Program-made: the position numbers and the translations under genes
Source: an uncultured Verrucomicrobiae bacterium
Lineage (GTDB): Bacteria; Verrucomicrobiota; Verrucomicrobiia; Chthoniobacterales; Chthoniobacteraceae
Direction of reading: 5' to 3'
Length of the DNA: 64,000 nt
Assembly (NCBI GenBank): GCA_963769025.1
Contig: CAVYKI010000010.1
Coordinates: 96,001 to 160,000, forward strand
Shown: in pieces, positions 30,301 through 40,998 of the stretch
Layout of the letters: every line of letters begins with the position of its first letter
Numbering within the stretch: the stretch's first letter is position 1
Notes under the pieces: generated by a model
What the model was told of the DNA's origin: nothing
What the model saw: the letters and a program-made list of their open reading frames with translations, nothing else
The model's database searches: none

Positions 30301-30486
30301 GAACTGGCGACGCTCACGAACCTGCTCGCCACCGAGCGTGCCGCGCGTGCGCAGGATGCGAAGGGCGCGAAGGAATTCGCGGGCACATTTGAGCTGCCGA
30401 AAGGCGTGGGCGCGGAGGAATTCGCGGCTTGGTACGCGGTCACGGCGGCGCTGCTGAATCTGGACGAGACGATTTCGAAGCAATGA
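27382..30486 (+). CDS. Planctomycete cytochrome c / DUF1549 / DUF1553 (PSD1) protein
   Basis: Signal peptide; CYECHG, GLRLD, HWAY, NPIDHFI, YGERWARPWLD, CAQCHDHKYDP, PTHPELLDWLA, RLDAEMIRD and NTPLQALTLMND. Confidence 0.92.
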   Translation: MRTRTLAFLSSAILVCTAQAAPDYARDIKPILAKNCYECHGPDKQKSGLRLDSRAAAFRPAESGDTAIVAWKSADSPLIQRVLSSDPDEQMPPKRGTNSSLAKKEIETLKAWIDAGADWPAAEPSLRHWAYEKPVRPTLPSIKAKAWPKNPIDHFILARLEAAGLAPSPVASPETLCRRMHLDLTGLPPTPGRTAAFVQSATRDLDAAIASLAEELLASPQYGERWARPWLDYARYADSHGFQRDDLRDLWPYRDWVVNAINADMPFTQFTIEQLAGDVLPNATEGQKIATGFNRSAPTNVEAGTDPEETRVNQIHDRVSTLGTVWLGATLECAQCHDHKYDPFSQRDYYGVFAFFNNTSLEADRTNPKTPGSIQFKGPVMEISDPGTRAERERIQGELAKVEKELAALDAGGESDQAAWEEALLKRSNDSPKEHVLEIADFDSSGGATSEILADKSVLISGEPAPDKDTYVLEVRTKTTGIRGIKLEALTDDALPGKGPGRGDEKRPNFVLNNLTVTAAPADKPQQAKPVTFISAKASFSQSNFPVENLLKSDNTAKAGGWAINPRFHESHWAVLETAEALGFAAGTVLTFKLEQNYGGSRTIGRLRLSAITGNVSGEALPAELTDALGTPATKRKPKQKKVIADYRRKQSPEFARLDKEKARLDAQLRKLKPPSTLIMQEDTPRMSAIFQRGEFRTPGDKVEPHVPAVLHPLMREAELQPTRLDLARWLVSRENPVVARVVVNRWWADLFGHGIVTTPEDFGIKGEPPTHPELLDWLACEFMDNGWSMKQTLRTIVTSATYRQSSKVTPELLARDDQNLLYARGPRHRLDAEMIRDNALAISGLLSLRQGGPPIRPYQPDGLWVKVGGQRYDYEVSPGDEKYRRGLYVVWKRGAPYPSFVTFDANARMACRVKRPRSNTPLQALTLMNDPVYVEAAMAFAKRVLTEKPAADTEARLRHAFAIATSRAPRPEELATLTNLLATERAARAQDAKGAKEFAGTFELPKGVGAEEFAAWYAVTAALLNLDETISKQ

Positions 30487-31925
30487 ACGAGCACGACCCC
30501 ATGCCCACCCATCTCGACCTCATCACGCGACGCGACTTCTTCCATCGCACGGGGCTCACGCTGGGTTCGCTCGCACTTTCGAGCCTGCTCCGCGAAACGC
30601 TGGGAGCCGCGCCTGCAAATCTGCTCGCCCCGAAGAACCCCATGTTCAAGCCGCGGGCGAAGCGCGTGATCTACCTGCACATGATCGGCGCGCCTTCGCA
30701 GCTCGACCTGTTCGACCACAAGCCGGAACTCGGCAGGCGCGACGGACAGGATTGCCCGGAGTCGCTGCTGAAAGGACGGCGGTTCGCATTCATCGGCGGC
30801 AAGATGCAGCTCGCGGGATCGAAGTTCAAATTCGCGCAGCACGGGCGCAGCGGGCAGGAGATGTCGGAGCTGCTGCCACATCTGGCGAAGGTCGCGGACG
30901 ACATCGCCATCGTGAAGACGCTGCACACGGACGAGATCAATCACGCGCCCGCGCAGATGTTCCTGCACACGGGCTTTGGCCGCGGCGGCAGGCCGAGCTT
31001 CGGCTCGTGGGTGACGTACGGGCTCGGCACGGAAAATCAGGATCTGCCCGCCTACACCGTGCTGCTCTCCGGGCCGCTCGGCGGCGCGGGCACGATCGCT
31101 CTGGGCGAACGGATTCCTCCCGAGCGTGCATCAGGGCATCCAGTTCCGTTCGAGCGGCGACCCGGTGCTTTTCCTCAGCAATCCCAAGGGCCAGTCGCAG
31201 GCCGACCGGCGCCGCATTTTCGACGCCGTGAAATCGCTGAACGAACGCCAGCTCGCCGATGTGGGCGACCCGGAAATCGCGACGCGCATCAGCCAATACG
31301 AGATGGCCTACCGCATGCAGACCAGCGTGCCGGAGCTCATGGACATTTCGAAGGAGCCGAAGTCCGTGCTCGACCTCTACGGCGCGAAACCCGGCGCGTC
31401 GTCCTTTGCAAACAACTGCCTGCTCGCGCGACGGCTCATCGAACGCGGCGTGCGGGTCGTGGAACTCTACGATGCCGACTGGGATCACCATTCCGCGCTC
31501 GCCACGCGCCTGCCGGCGAAATGCCGCGACGTGGACCAGGCGATGGCCGCGCTCATCGCCGACCTGAAGGCGCACGGGCTCCTCGACGACACGCTCGTGA
31601 TCTGGGGCTCGGAATTCGGACGCACGCCGCTCCGGCAGGGCATCGACGGCGACGGCAAGAGCACGAACCCTGGCCGCGATCACCACAAGGACGCCTACAC
31701 GATGTGGCTCGCGGGCGGCGGCATCAAAGGCGGCATCACGCATGGAACGACGGACGACTTCGGATTCAGCCCGGCGGAGAATCCCGTCCACGTCCACGAC
31801 CTCAACGCGACCGTCCTTCACCTGCTCGGCCTCGATCACGAGCGGCTCACTTTCAAATACCAGGGCCGCGATTTCCGCCTCACCGACGTGCACGGGAATG
31901 TCGTGAAAGCCACTCCTCGCGCTAG
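30483..31925 (+). CDS. DUF1501 family Tat-exported protein, frameshifted near 31095 (probably also near 31905-31922)
   Basis: The first frame has TRRDFF (Tat), [23 protein letters not shown] and [14 protein letters not shown]. The second has [29 protein letters not shown] and [15 protein letters not shown]. Removing the A at 31095 joins them ([16 protein letters not shown]). Confidence 0.85.
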   Translation: MNEHDPMPTHLDLITRRDFFHRTGLTLGSLALSSLLRETLGAAPANLLAPKNPMFKPRAKRVIYLHMIGAPSQLDLFDHKPELGRRDGQDCPESLLKGRRFAFIGGKMQLAGSKFKFAQHGRSGQEMSELLPHLAKVADDIAIVKTLHTDEINHAPAQMFLHTGFGRGGRPSFGSWVTYGLGTENQDLPAYTVLLSGPLGGAGTIALGERIPPERASGHPVPFERRPGAFPQQSQGPVAGRPAPHFRRREIAERTPARRCGRPGNRDAHQPIRDGLPHADQRAGAHGHFEGAEVRARPLRRETRRVVLCKQLPARATAHRTRRAGRGTLRCRLGSPFRARHAPAGEMPRRGPGDGRAHRRPEGARAPRRHARDLGLGIRTHAAPAGHRRRRQEHEPWPRSPQGRLHDVARGRRHQRRHHAWNDGRLRIQPGGESRPRPRPQRDRPSPARPRSRAAHFQIPGPRFPPHRRARECRESHSSR

Positions 31926-32009
31926 CTCCGGAATGGCTCTTGCGCAGCGGGCCGTCTTGAGGAATAGACGGGCAGCAACGCAATTCTGCACCCCGGCAAA
32001 ATCACCATC

Positions 32010-32633
32010 GTGAAAACGCTCATCCTCACCCTCCTCACCTCGCTCGTCCCGCTGACGATCACCCTCAACGCCGCCGAAACCGTGAAGACCGAATCCGACA
32101 AGCCAGCCGCCACCCAGAAAATCGTCGTCGGAGGCGGGTGCTTCTGGTGCGTCGAGGCCGTCTTCCAGCGCGTCGGCGGAGTCAAGAAAGTCGTCTCCGG
32201 CTATTCCGGCGGCCACGTCCCGAATCCCACCTACGAGCAGATCTGCACGAAGCAGACGGGCCATGCGGAGGTCGCGGATGTGGTGTATGACCCGTCGGTT
32301 GTGACGCTCGACTCGCTGCTGGATGTGTTCTTCGCCTCGCACGATCCGACGACGCCGAACCAGCAGGGCGCGGACAAGGGCCCGCAGTATCGCTCGGTGA
32401 TCTTTTTCGCAAACGAGGATCAGAAGAAGGCCGCGCTGGCTGCGAAGGAGCGCGCGAAGAAGGAGTGGGGCGCGACGGTCGTCACCGAGATTTCGCCGCT
32501 GAAGGAGTTCTACGTCGCCGAGGACTACCACCAGAATTATTACAACCTGAACAAGAACAGGAACCCGTATTGCTCAGCCGTCATCGCGCCAAAGCTGCGC
32601 AAGCTGATCGAGAAGGGCATCCTCAAGGAATAG
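32010..32633 (+). CDS. msrA: Peptide methionine sulfoxide reductase A with signal peptide
   Basis: [32 protein letters not shown] and NPYC; GTG start with a hydrophobic signal. Confidence 0.95.
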   Translation: MKTLILTLLTSLVPLTITLNAAETVKTESDKPAATQKIVVGGGCFWCVEAVFQRVGGVKKVVSGYSGGHVPNPTYEQICTKQTGHAEVADVVYDPSVVTLDSLLDVFFASHDPTTPNQQGADKGPQYRSVIFFANEDQKKAALAAKERAKKEWGATVVTEISPLKEFYVAEDYHQNYYNLNKNRNPYCSAVIAPKLRKLIEKGILKE

Positions 32634-32640
32634 CTGCGGG

Positions 32641-33799
32641 CTACGCGAATAGCGGCAGCGGCTTCAGCGCAAAGTCCGGGAAAACTTTTGAGAGCGCGTC
32701 CGCGCTTGCGCCGTGGCGGACGAGGATCGGTGAGAGGATGTCGCGGTAGTTGTTCCAGACGGGCAGGTCGCCCGGACCGTCGAGCATCTCGGGCTTCAAG
32801 CCGGGCCACGGGCCGCCCGGCTGCAGGCCGCCAAATACGCGCCCGCCTTTCACGCCGCCGCCGAGCACGAACATCGCGCTGCCGCGCCCGTGGTCGGTGC
32901 CGAATGCGGAGTTTTCCGCGACGCGCCGGCCGAACTCCGTCATCACCACGACTGTAGTCGTTGCCATTCGCGCGCCGAGATCCTGCCGGAATGCGGCGAG
33001 ACCTTTTGCGAGCCGGAGCATGAGCGGTTCGAGGAGAAGCTTCTGCGTGAAATGCGAATCCCATCCGCCGAGGTCCACGCTCGCCGCGTCGAGGCCGACG
33101 TCCGCCTTGATGAGCTGCGCGACCTGCCGGAGCCCGTGCGAAAAGGAATCGCGCTCGTCGTAGGCCGCGCCATTCGCAGGACTCGCGCCGGAATCGATCG
33201 CCTCGATGCGCGCGAGGGCGTCGAAGGTGTTCCGCGCCGCGTCGCGCATCTCGTCGCCCTCGAGTTCGTAGAGCCGTCGAAGCTCGCGCGGGAATTCCAC
33301 CGGCACCCGGTCGCGGCGATCCCGGCCGCCCAGCGAGAATTCCGCGAGCGATTCGAACGCCGCGGCAGAAGGCGCGCCGGATAGCATTTCCGGCAGCGTC
33401 GGCGCGAGCGCGACGGCGCTGAGCGGACTGGCGGCAGGCCGCTGGGTGCGCAGGAAGCGTCCCAGCCAGCCGCCCGCGGCAGGTCCGCCATGCTCCATGA
33501 GTTCCTGCGCCTCGAAGTGCGAGCGCGTGTCACTCTCGCCACCCGCGCCGTGGATGATGCAGAGGTCGCCGTCCTTCCACGCGGGCTGCGAGCGCGCCGA
33601 GATTCGGATGCAGGCCGAAGAATCCGTCGAGCGCGACCGCCTCTTCCTTTCGCACCGCGAGGCGCGGACGAAAGCGGCGGTAGTTGTCGTCTTCCAGCGG
33701 CGCGACGAGCGTGAGGCCATCCGCAGCGCCGCGAAGGAAGACCACGACGAGCGTGCGCTTGTCGTCGCGGTTTCCGGAAATGTGAGTCTCGGCGAGCAT
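32641..33799 (-). CDS. DUF1501 protein (DUF1800-partner type), frameshifted near 33590
   Basis: LVVVFLRGAADGL...FGLHP is in one frame; TRSHFEAQ, GWLGR, GGWDSH, TEFGRRVAEN and GTDHGRG are in the next. Confidence 0.85.
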
Positions 33800-33800
33800 G

Positions 33801-35310
33801 TCAGCAGCGTTGAAATGCCGGCGAGGCGAGCAGGAGCGCGAGGCCGTCGCCGGACTTGAGATATGCGTCACTTTCCTCGGCGCGCGGCTGGCGGCCCAGG
33901 AGGTGGCCATGAGTCCGCTGTCGGAACCAATCCGGCGTTGCAGCCGGATGCGCTCGATGTGCGTGCCGCGATCCGGTTGTTCGCGAGCGCGAGCGCGAAT
34001 TTCCAACGCCACAGCAGTGTCGCGCGCCAGTGGACCGCCGCGGCGGGATAGCCGTCCGGCGTGGGATAGCGGAACGGCATGTGGCCCATGCGTTCGAGGT
34101 ACGACAGGACCGGCCGGTCCGCGCTGCTCGATGCGTTCGTGGCGCGCAGCGCGGAGACGACGAAATGAAATGGCCGCTTGAATTTCGCGCCGCGGCTCGC
34201 CGTGAATTCCGGCGTGGCGAAGAGCGTGCGGAGCATCGACCTGATGTCGCCTTTTCCCTCGGTGCACGCCGCCGCGACCGCGGCCACCGCGACGGCGGGC
34301 GGATCATCGGCGATGAAACGGGCGCAAAGTTTGTAGGCGACGAAGTGAGCGGTGCTCGGGTGCGACGCGACGATTTCAATCACGCGATCGATATCCCCTT
34401 TTCCAAGGCCCGCGGGAATGTCGTGGCCGAGCACGCGCTTCGCGCCGTCGTCGTGCGCCTCGGGTCGGAAGAAGACCGCGGCGTGGTCCGTCAGCGGCGA
34501 AAGGAGGCGTCCGGCGAAGCCGTCGTCCTTGCGCGCGCGGATCGTCCAGCCGGTGAGGCAGCGCGCGACCTCCATCACGTCCTGCTGCGTGTAGCCGCCG
34601 CGCACCCCGAGCGTGTGCAGTTCCATCAGCTCGCGTGCGTAGTTCTCGTTCGGCTTCTCCTCGGGCGTGCGCTTCACGTTTGCCCGGCCATCGAGATACC
34701 AGAGCATCGCCGGGCTCAGCGCGGAGGCACGCAGCATGTCGCGGAAATTCCCGAGCGCGTGCCTGCGGATGACCTCTGCGTCGTCGCTCGGTTTCGTCCA
34801 GCGGCAGTCGCCCTTGGTCGGATCGATGTTGAAATGGTCGCTCCAGAATTCGCACATCACCTCGAAGAGCTGCCGCTCGCTGTAAATCGCGCGAAGCAAC
34901 GTCACGCGGCGGAGCACCGGCGGCAGCGCCTCGGGATCGGCGTCGTATTGCTCGCCGAGCGGCTCATTCCACATGTCGCCAAAGCGCGCGATCGCACGGT
35001 CGCAGAGCGAGTCGTCGATGGCGTCCGGCGCAAGCTGTTCCCCGAGGAACGCATCCACTCCCATCGCCGAGACGCGTGCGTAGTCGCCGGGACCGGGGCC
35101 AAAGGTGAGGCGGTTCAGCGCGTGAGAGACCGGATCGAGTTCCGCACCCGGGGGAGGAGTCAGCGGAGCGCGCAGCGGACGCTCGACGCCGTAGCCGGCG
35201 TACTGGCCCATGCTCGTGAGCCAGCCTTGCGCGCTTTTGAAAATGGCGGCGCTCAGCGCGATCGTTCCCGCGCTGGCAGCGATGAATTCGCGTCGGGAGG
35301 TCTTTTTCAT
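33801..35310 (-). CDS. DUF1800 family Tat-exported protein, two frameshifts near 33970 and 33905
   Basis: MKKTSRREF (Tat), LNRLTFG, FWSDHFN, SPAMLWYLD, NENYARELMELHTLG and YTQQDV. The C-terminus LLASPAFQRC is in another frame. Confidence 0.87.
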
Positions 35311-35822
35311 GGGAGCGCCGGAGCCGGGATGCCTGTGTCGTCTGCCGACACCGACTTCCAGGGCTTCGCGAGCAGGAATGCGCCGAAGCCGCTCGCGAGT
35401 CCTGCGTGCAGGAGGAAGCCCCAGCCGATGAACGGCGTGATGAATACGAGACCGAGCATCACGCCGCCGCGCAGGCACTGCTGCCAGCGGGAGACATCCG
35501 CGGAAAGATTGCGCCCGATGCGGAGCGCAAGCCCGGCGCTGCCCGCAAAGGCGATGAGCAGGGACAGAAAGCCCACGACGATCATCGCGATCCGCGGCAC
35601 GGTTCCGGGGAGCCTGGCAGTGTTCAGCAGCAGGAGAAAAATCGGCCCATACGTGACAAGGCCGAGCAGCAGCGCGCGGATGGGCCGCTCGTCATACACC
35701 CGGACGAATGCCGCGGTGGCCTTTGGGAACATCCCGCCCGCGACGAGCCAATGCCCAAGCAGGATGAAGAAAAGCGCGGCGTGGAGGGCGAGGAAGAAGA
35801 GGACGTTACCAGTGTAAGGCAT
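35307..35822 (-). CDS. Hypothetical multi-pass membrane protein
   Basis: Several hydrophobic segments; its stop overlaps the DUF1800 start. Confidence 0.7.
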   Translation of the reverse strand: MPYTGNVLFFLALHAALFFILLGHWLVAGGMFPKATAAFVRVYDERPIRALLLGLVTYGPIFLLLLNTARLPGTVPRIAMIVVGFLSLLIAFAGSAGLALRIGRNLSADVSRWQQCLRGGVMLGLVFITPFIGWGFLLHAGLASGFGAFLLAKPWKSVSADDTGIPAPALP

Positions 35823-35865
35823 GGGCGGGTGGTTTGGTGGGCAGACGGCGCCTCCCGCTCCAAGG

Positions 35866-36936
35866 TTACGCCCGTTGCGCGATCATTTCGCGATAGAGCG
35901 CGAGGTAATCATCCACCATTTTCTGATGCCCAAAGCGCGCAGCCGCCCGGCTGCGGACGACACGCCGGTCGAGCGAGCATGCGTTCGCCACGAGCGGAGC
36001 GAGGTCGCCCGGGGCATCGGCGGTGAAACCGGTCACACCATAGTCCACGACTTCGGCGACGGAGCCGCGGCGTACGGCGAGCACGGGCGCACCGCAGGCC
36101 ATCGCCTCGATCATCACGAGGCCAAAGGGTTCATCCCACTGGATTGGAAAGACGAGCGCCGCGGCATTGCGGAGGAGGTCCACTTTCTGGGGATGGTTCA
36201 CGAGGCCGACCCAGCGGACGCGTTCGCCGTCGATCAGCGGCTGCACTTTCTCGCGGAAATACGTCTCCTCGGCGGCATTCTGCGGCCGGCCGGCGAGCAC
36301 GATGGGCACGCCGGCCGCGTTCGCGATGTGGATCGCATCGAGCGGGTTCTTTTCGTGCGACATGCGGCCGAGGAAGGCGAGGTATTTGCCCGGCTCGAAG
36401 GATGCATCGTAGGCGGCGAAATCCACGCCGTTGTACACCACGGGAAATTTCCGCCCGAGCCGCTCCGATGCGGCTGCGACCTGCGCGTGGCTGATCGCGA
36501 CGGCGGCCGCCTGCGGAAAATTTTGCATCACCCATTCGTCGTCCGTATGCGGGCTGGTGTGCAGCGTAAACGCGCACGGCGTGCGCATCGCCGCCGCAAA
36601 CGGCAGCCATGCGGGCGGCAGATGGCAGTGGATGATGTCAAACTCGTCCTGCGCCGCGAGCACGGAGGCCATCGCCGCGTTCACGTAGTATTCGAACATC
36701 AGCGCGTCACCCCGGGCCATCAGGTCGCCGAGGTTCACCGGGATGACCGGGTGCAGTTTCGCCGAAGTCCGGCAATCACCGCTCGCGTAGAGCGTCACCT
36801 CGTGACCGCGCGCGATGAGTTCGTCGCAAAGCAGCGCGAGCAGGAGCTCGATTCCGCCGTAGGTGGCCGGCGGGATCGGCGTCCAAAGCGGTGCGACCTG
36901 TGCGATGCGGAGCTTGTTTCCTGCGGGAGTTGGCAT
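35866..36936 (-). CDS. GT4 family glycosyltransferase
   Basis: LRIAQVAP...PPATYGGIE, YNGVD, FLGRM and EPFGLVMIEAMACGAPV. Confidence 0.93.
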   Translation of the reverse strand: MPTPAGNKLRIAQVAPLWTPIPPATYGGIELLLALLCDELIARGHEVTLYASGDCRTSAKLHPVIPVNLGDLMARGDALMFEYYVNAAMASVLAAQDEFDIIHCHLPPAWLPFAAAMRTPCAFTLHTSPHTDDEWVMQNFPQAAAVAISHAQVAAASERLGRKFPVVYNGVDFAAYDASFEPGKYLAFLGRMSHEKNPLDAIHIANAAGVPIVLAGRPQNAAEETYFREKVQPLIDGERVRWVGLVNHPQKVDLLRNAAALVFPIQWDEPFGLVMIEAMACGAPVLAVRRGSVAEVVDYGVTGFTADAPGDLAPLVANACSLDRRVVRSRAAARFGHQKMVDDYLALYREMIAQRA

Positions 36937-36966
36937 ACGTAGTGCGCGCCGATGCTAGCCCGTTTC

Positions 36967-38200
36967 ATGTTTGCGCCAACCACGATCGCCTTCCTGGCGC
37001 TGACCGCCTCCGTTTTTGCCGAGGAAAACCCGGCGGCCACCCCGCGAAAAAAGTTCCGGACTGGGTTGCCGGTCATGCCGGCAACCGCTCCAAGCACCGA
37101 GCCACAGCCCACGGACACGACGAAGCCAAAGCCCGAGGCGCCCGTCGCACCGCGCACGACACCACCGCCCACCGCAGCCCGCGACACCACCGACACCACC
37201 GACACCAACGACACCAACGACGCCAGCGCCACCTTCGACACCCACGACACCTCCGGCACCGGTGACGCCGACCGCTCCCACGGCACCGGGGGAAGGCGAA
37301 CCGCAGGCGGCGCGCGCGATTCTCGTGACGAAGCGGGAGATCACCGCGCAGCTCCAGATTTTCCTCGATCAGCAATTGTTCAGCCCGGGGATGATTGACG
37401 GCAAGCAGGGCAAATTCCTCACGAATGCATTCAAGCGCTGGCAGCGCTCTCACGGGCTGCCGGAGACCGGGGTGATCGACGACAATGTGCCGCTCGAAAG
37501 CGTGTATCCCGTTTACACGTTTCACACGGTCGCGAAGTCGGACATGAAGTTTGTCGGCGATTTGCCAGGCAAGACGGCCGAGCAGGCGCGCAGGAAGATG
37601 CTTCCTTACGCGGCTTACATCGACTTTGTGGCGGAGCGCTACCACTGCTCGCCGGACTTCCTCGCGCGGCTGAATCCCGGCGTGAAGTTTGGCAAATTGA
37701 ATCCCGACGATCAGGTGAGGGTTCCGAATGTCGTGCCTTTCAAGATCGAGGAGATGCCGGAGACTGGAAACCTCCCGCCACGCGAGGAATTCAAGGATCG
37801 CCGCATCGTCATCACCCGCAGGGAGACGATTCTGGAGCTTTTCGAGGGTGACAAATTGATCGCCGCGATCCCGATCGCGCCGGGCTCGCCGGCGCACCCG
37901 ACGCCGCCGGGCAAGTGGCGCATCCTCGGCATCGCGTCGATGCCGACTTTCCGCTGGGACGCAGGCGTGCTGAACCGCGGCGTGCGGACGAAGAACTTCC
38001 ACATGCTGCCCCCCGGGCCGCGGAATCCAGTCGGCGTCGCATGGATGGGCCTGAACAAGCCCGGCATCGGCATTCACGGGACGAACAATCCCTACAGCAT
38101 CGGCACCTTTGCGAGCCACGGCTGCATGCGCACGGCGAATTGGGACATTTCCCGGATCGCCCACATGGTGACTGCGGGCGTGCAGGTGGAAATCAAATAG
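36967..38200 (+). CDS. L,D-transpeptidase (YkuD) with signal peptide and Pro/Thr linker, frameshifted near 37170
   Basis: The signal peptide is in the 36952 frame. The P/T linker, LQIFLD..FSPGMIDG, PGPRNPVG, IGIHGT and SHGCMR are in the 37016 frame. Confidence 0.87.
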
Positions 38201-38203
38201 CGG

Positions 38204-40723
38204 TCACTGCGCGGCTGGCGCAGGGACGCCATCGAGGAGCGATGTGCCCTTGGGCTTCATCTCGGGATTCAACGGCTCATCCGCCATCTCGAGGCCGGGC
38301 GCGGGTGGCGCGGGCGGCGCGACCGGCGGCGGCTCGGGCGCGGGGGCTGGCGCGGTCTCCCCAAAGAAAAGGGCGCGGTCGTTCTGATACTCGGGCTTGC
38401 GGTTCGCCGCATCATCCATGAGCGCCTGCCCTTCGTTGAAGAGCTGCGTGAAAAGGCAGAAGACGCCCGCGCGCCACTCGCGGTCCGCGAGCACCGCCTG
38501 AGGCTGCGTCGGTCTCATGTAGAAGCGGGACATTTGCAGCACACTGAGGGCGCTGATGTCGGTCCACGCGATCGGAAGGCTGCCAAACTGCACGCGCATC
38601 TCCACCTGCAGGTCGGTGGCCCTGGCGATCATCCCGGTGATTTTCTGCCCGCTCTTGCGCTGGAGCGCGAGCGTGCAGCCGCCGGTGTTCAGGTCCGCGA
38701 TGAGCTGGCGCTTGAATTCCACGAGCCAGTCCACCCGCTTCGCGAGCAGGTCGCGCTCGCCGACATGCCGTTCGCGTTTCACATTCACCGCCCGGACGAG
38801 CGCAGCCGCTTCGCTGAAGCGGTAGTTTTCGCAAAGGGCTTTCAGTTGGAATTTCACATCGGTCAGCAGCTTTTCCTCGCGCGCCTCGGCCTCGGCCTCC
38901 TGCTTCTTCATCGCCTCCTCGGAAGCAGCGATCGCCAGCCGGACCTTGTTGCCGACCTCGGTCTCCATCGCGTCCAGTCTCGCCAGCAGTTTTTCCGAAC
39001 GCACCTTGCCCTTTGCCGCTGGGATTTTTTTCAGCGCCGCCTCGGCAATCTTTGGCGATGCGTCCGCCTTCGCGACGTCGTCTGCGATTTCCCGAAACGT
39101 CCCGTATTCGTCGAGGTAACGCGCGACCAGCGGGCGGTAATCCGCAACCCACACGTCCTCACCGCTCGGAGTCGCTTTCTGGAAGCGCCGCATGAGCGCG
39201 ATGGCTTCCTCAAACTCGCTTTCGTTCCAATGCTTCACGGCGGCGGTGAGGAAAATGAGCGACTCGTAAGTGGTCGCGTCGAACTCGTCGAATTTCGGCG
39301 GCTCGCCTTTCGCGCCCCCGGAAACGAGCGTCGAGAGCCGGTTGAAAAACGCCACGAGCTTCTCGTCGAGGCCGATGGCGGTGGGCGTGGTGCGCTCGGA
39401 GAGCATCTTAAACGCCGCCCGCGCGCGCTCCGTCCGTCCGGCAAAATATTCCGCGATCCCGCCATGCACGGCGGCCCAACTGTTCTTCGGCTCCGGCAGG
39501 CGTCCCTCTTCATAGAGGGCCATGAAGGTCTTTGCAGCTTCGTCAAACTGCTCCTCGAGCAGTTGTTTCCGCCCGAGGTCGAAACGTTTCTCCGCAGTCA
39601 GGTCGGCCTCGGCCGAACCGGGAGTCGGGACCTTTTCTGTCGTCTGCTCCGTCCGTGCGCCGGGCCGGTTCACCCAAAAGTAAACACCGACGCCGACCAC
39701 GAGGGCGATGATCGCAAACGTCACCCAACTGCCGCCCTTCCCCTGACCCATCGCGAGGGCGCGCGGGACGCGCCGGCGCTTTCCGGGATGCCTGCGCAGC
39801 TCGGCGCGCGCGTATTCGAGGCTCTCGATGAAGTGCGTGTAGCTGTCGAACCGATCCTCCGGCTTGAAGCTGAGCGCGCGGTCGATGACGTAGGCCGTCG
39901 GCGTCGAGACATGCGGGGCGAAATTCAGCAGCCGCACGGGCAGGCTCTTGATCTTCCGCAATTCCGTCATCGAATTGGATTCCGTGATGAACGGCGGGCG
40001 CCCCGCGATGGCGTGGAAAAGCGTCGCCGCGAGCGAATACATGTCGCTCCGAAAATCCTCGGCCCTCCCCTCCAGTTTTTCCGGCGAGACATAGTAAGGC
40101 GTCGCCCACACCTCGCCCTGCTCCTCGTGCTGTTTCTCCACGAGAATCGCCAGGCCGAAATCCACGATCTTCGCCGTCTGCCCGTCGGCGAACAGGATGT
40201 TGCCGGGCTTGATGTCCCGGTGAATGAGGCCCAGCTCGAGCCCCGCCTTCAGCCCCAGCGCGATCTGGATGCCGATGTCGATCACCTGCTCCTCGGGCAT
40301 CTTTTTCAACTGCGCCATGAGCGAGTCCAGGCTGCCATGGTCCACGATCTCCATCGCGAGGTAGAGCAGTCCGTGATGTTCGCCGGAGGAGAAGACCTTG
40401 ACGATATGCGGATTGTTCAGGCTCGCCGTAATCCGCGCCTCGCTCTCGAAGCGTTTCACGAAATCCGGATCAGCGCTGTATTCGCGCTTCATCACCTTGA
40501 TGGCCACCGGGCGGTTCAGCTTCTTGTCCACGGCGCGATACACGATCCCCTGCCCGCCTTCCCCGAGGACCCCCTGCAGCTCGAAATTGGCGAAATCCGT
40601 GCGCACCCGCATCCGCGCGCCACAGCTCGAGCAATTCACCAGCGCGAATGGCTCCTGCTCCGACACATCAATCAATGTGCCGCAACTCTGGCAGGTGGCG
40701 ATGTTCGGATCAGCGGATGTCAT
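38204..40723 (-). CDS. Membrane Ser/Thr protein kinase with N-terminal zinc ribbon
   Basis: CxxC...CxxC, GEGGQG, VAIK, HRDIKPGN, DFG and TPYYVSPE; one TM segment, then a helical extracytoplasmic region. Confidence 0.93.
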   Translation of the reverse strand: MTSADPNIATCQSCGTLIDVSEQEPFALVNCSSCGARMRVRTDFANFELQGVLGEGGQGIVYRAVDKKLNRPVAIKVMKREYSADPDFVKRFESEARITASLNNPHIVKVFSSGEHHGLLYLAMEIVDHGSLDSLMAQLKKMPEEQVIDIGIQIALGLKAGLELGLIHRDIKPGNILFADGQTAKIVDFGLAILVEKQHEEQGEVWATPYYVSPEKLEGRAEDFRSDMYSLAATLFHAIAGRPPFITESNSMTELRKIKSLPVRLLNFAPHVSTPTAYVIDRALSFKPEDRFDSYTHFIESLEYARAELRRHPGKRRRVPRALAMGQGKGGSWVTFAIIALVVGVGVYFWVNRPGARTEQTTEKVPTPGSAEADLTAEKRFDLGRKQLLEEQFDEAAKTFMALYEEGRLPEPKNSWAAVHGGIAEYFAGRTERARAAFKMLSERTTPTAIGLDEKLVAFFNRLSTLVSGGAKGEPPKFDEFDATTYESLIFLTAAVKHWNESEFEEAIALMRRFQKATPSGEDVWVADYRPLVARYLDEYGTFREIADDVAKADASPKIAEAALKKIPAAKGKVRSEKLLARLDAMETEVGNKVRLAIAASEEAMKKQEAEAEAREEKLLTDVKFQLKALCENYRFSEAAALVRAVNVKRERHVGERDLLAKRVDWLVEFKRQLIADLNTGGCTLALQRKSGQKITGMIARATDLQVEMRVQFGSLPIAWTDISALSVLQMSRFYMRPTQPQAVLADREWRAGVFCLFTQLFNEGQALMDDAANRKPEYQNDRALFFGETAPAPAPEPPPVAPPAPPAPGLEMADEPLNPEMKPKGTSLLDGVPAPAAQ

Positions 40724-40998
40724 CAGGACAGGAACCCGTCACATACACGCGATAGGCATGTCGGGCAAGTTGTGAGGCCAACCCCGTGCGGGCATCGCGC
40801 ATTAGGGGATCATTTGGACGGGTCGCCGCGAGCGTCAGCCACGCGTGGGAGGCAGGGATTGCTCCGTCACGGTGCCCATTCGCAAATCGGCGCGGAACGC
40901 AAACTGCTAATAGTCACCGTAGCCACTGAAAAACCCTGTTCCGAGCCAAACGATATCGACTTATGTCCGAGCAATCTTTATCCCCCTATCGCAAGCCG

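Noticed and set aside
37182..37250. 9-bp GACACCA[AC]C tandem repeats as a phase-variation tract
   Set aside because: They encode the Pro/Thr linker, a 9-bp slip keeps frame, and the frameshift lies just upstream.
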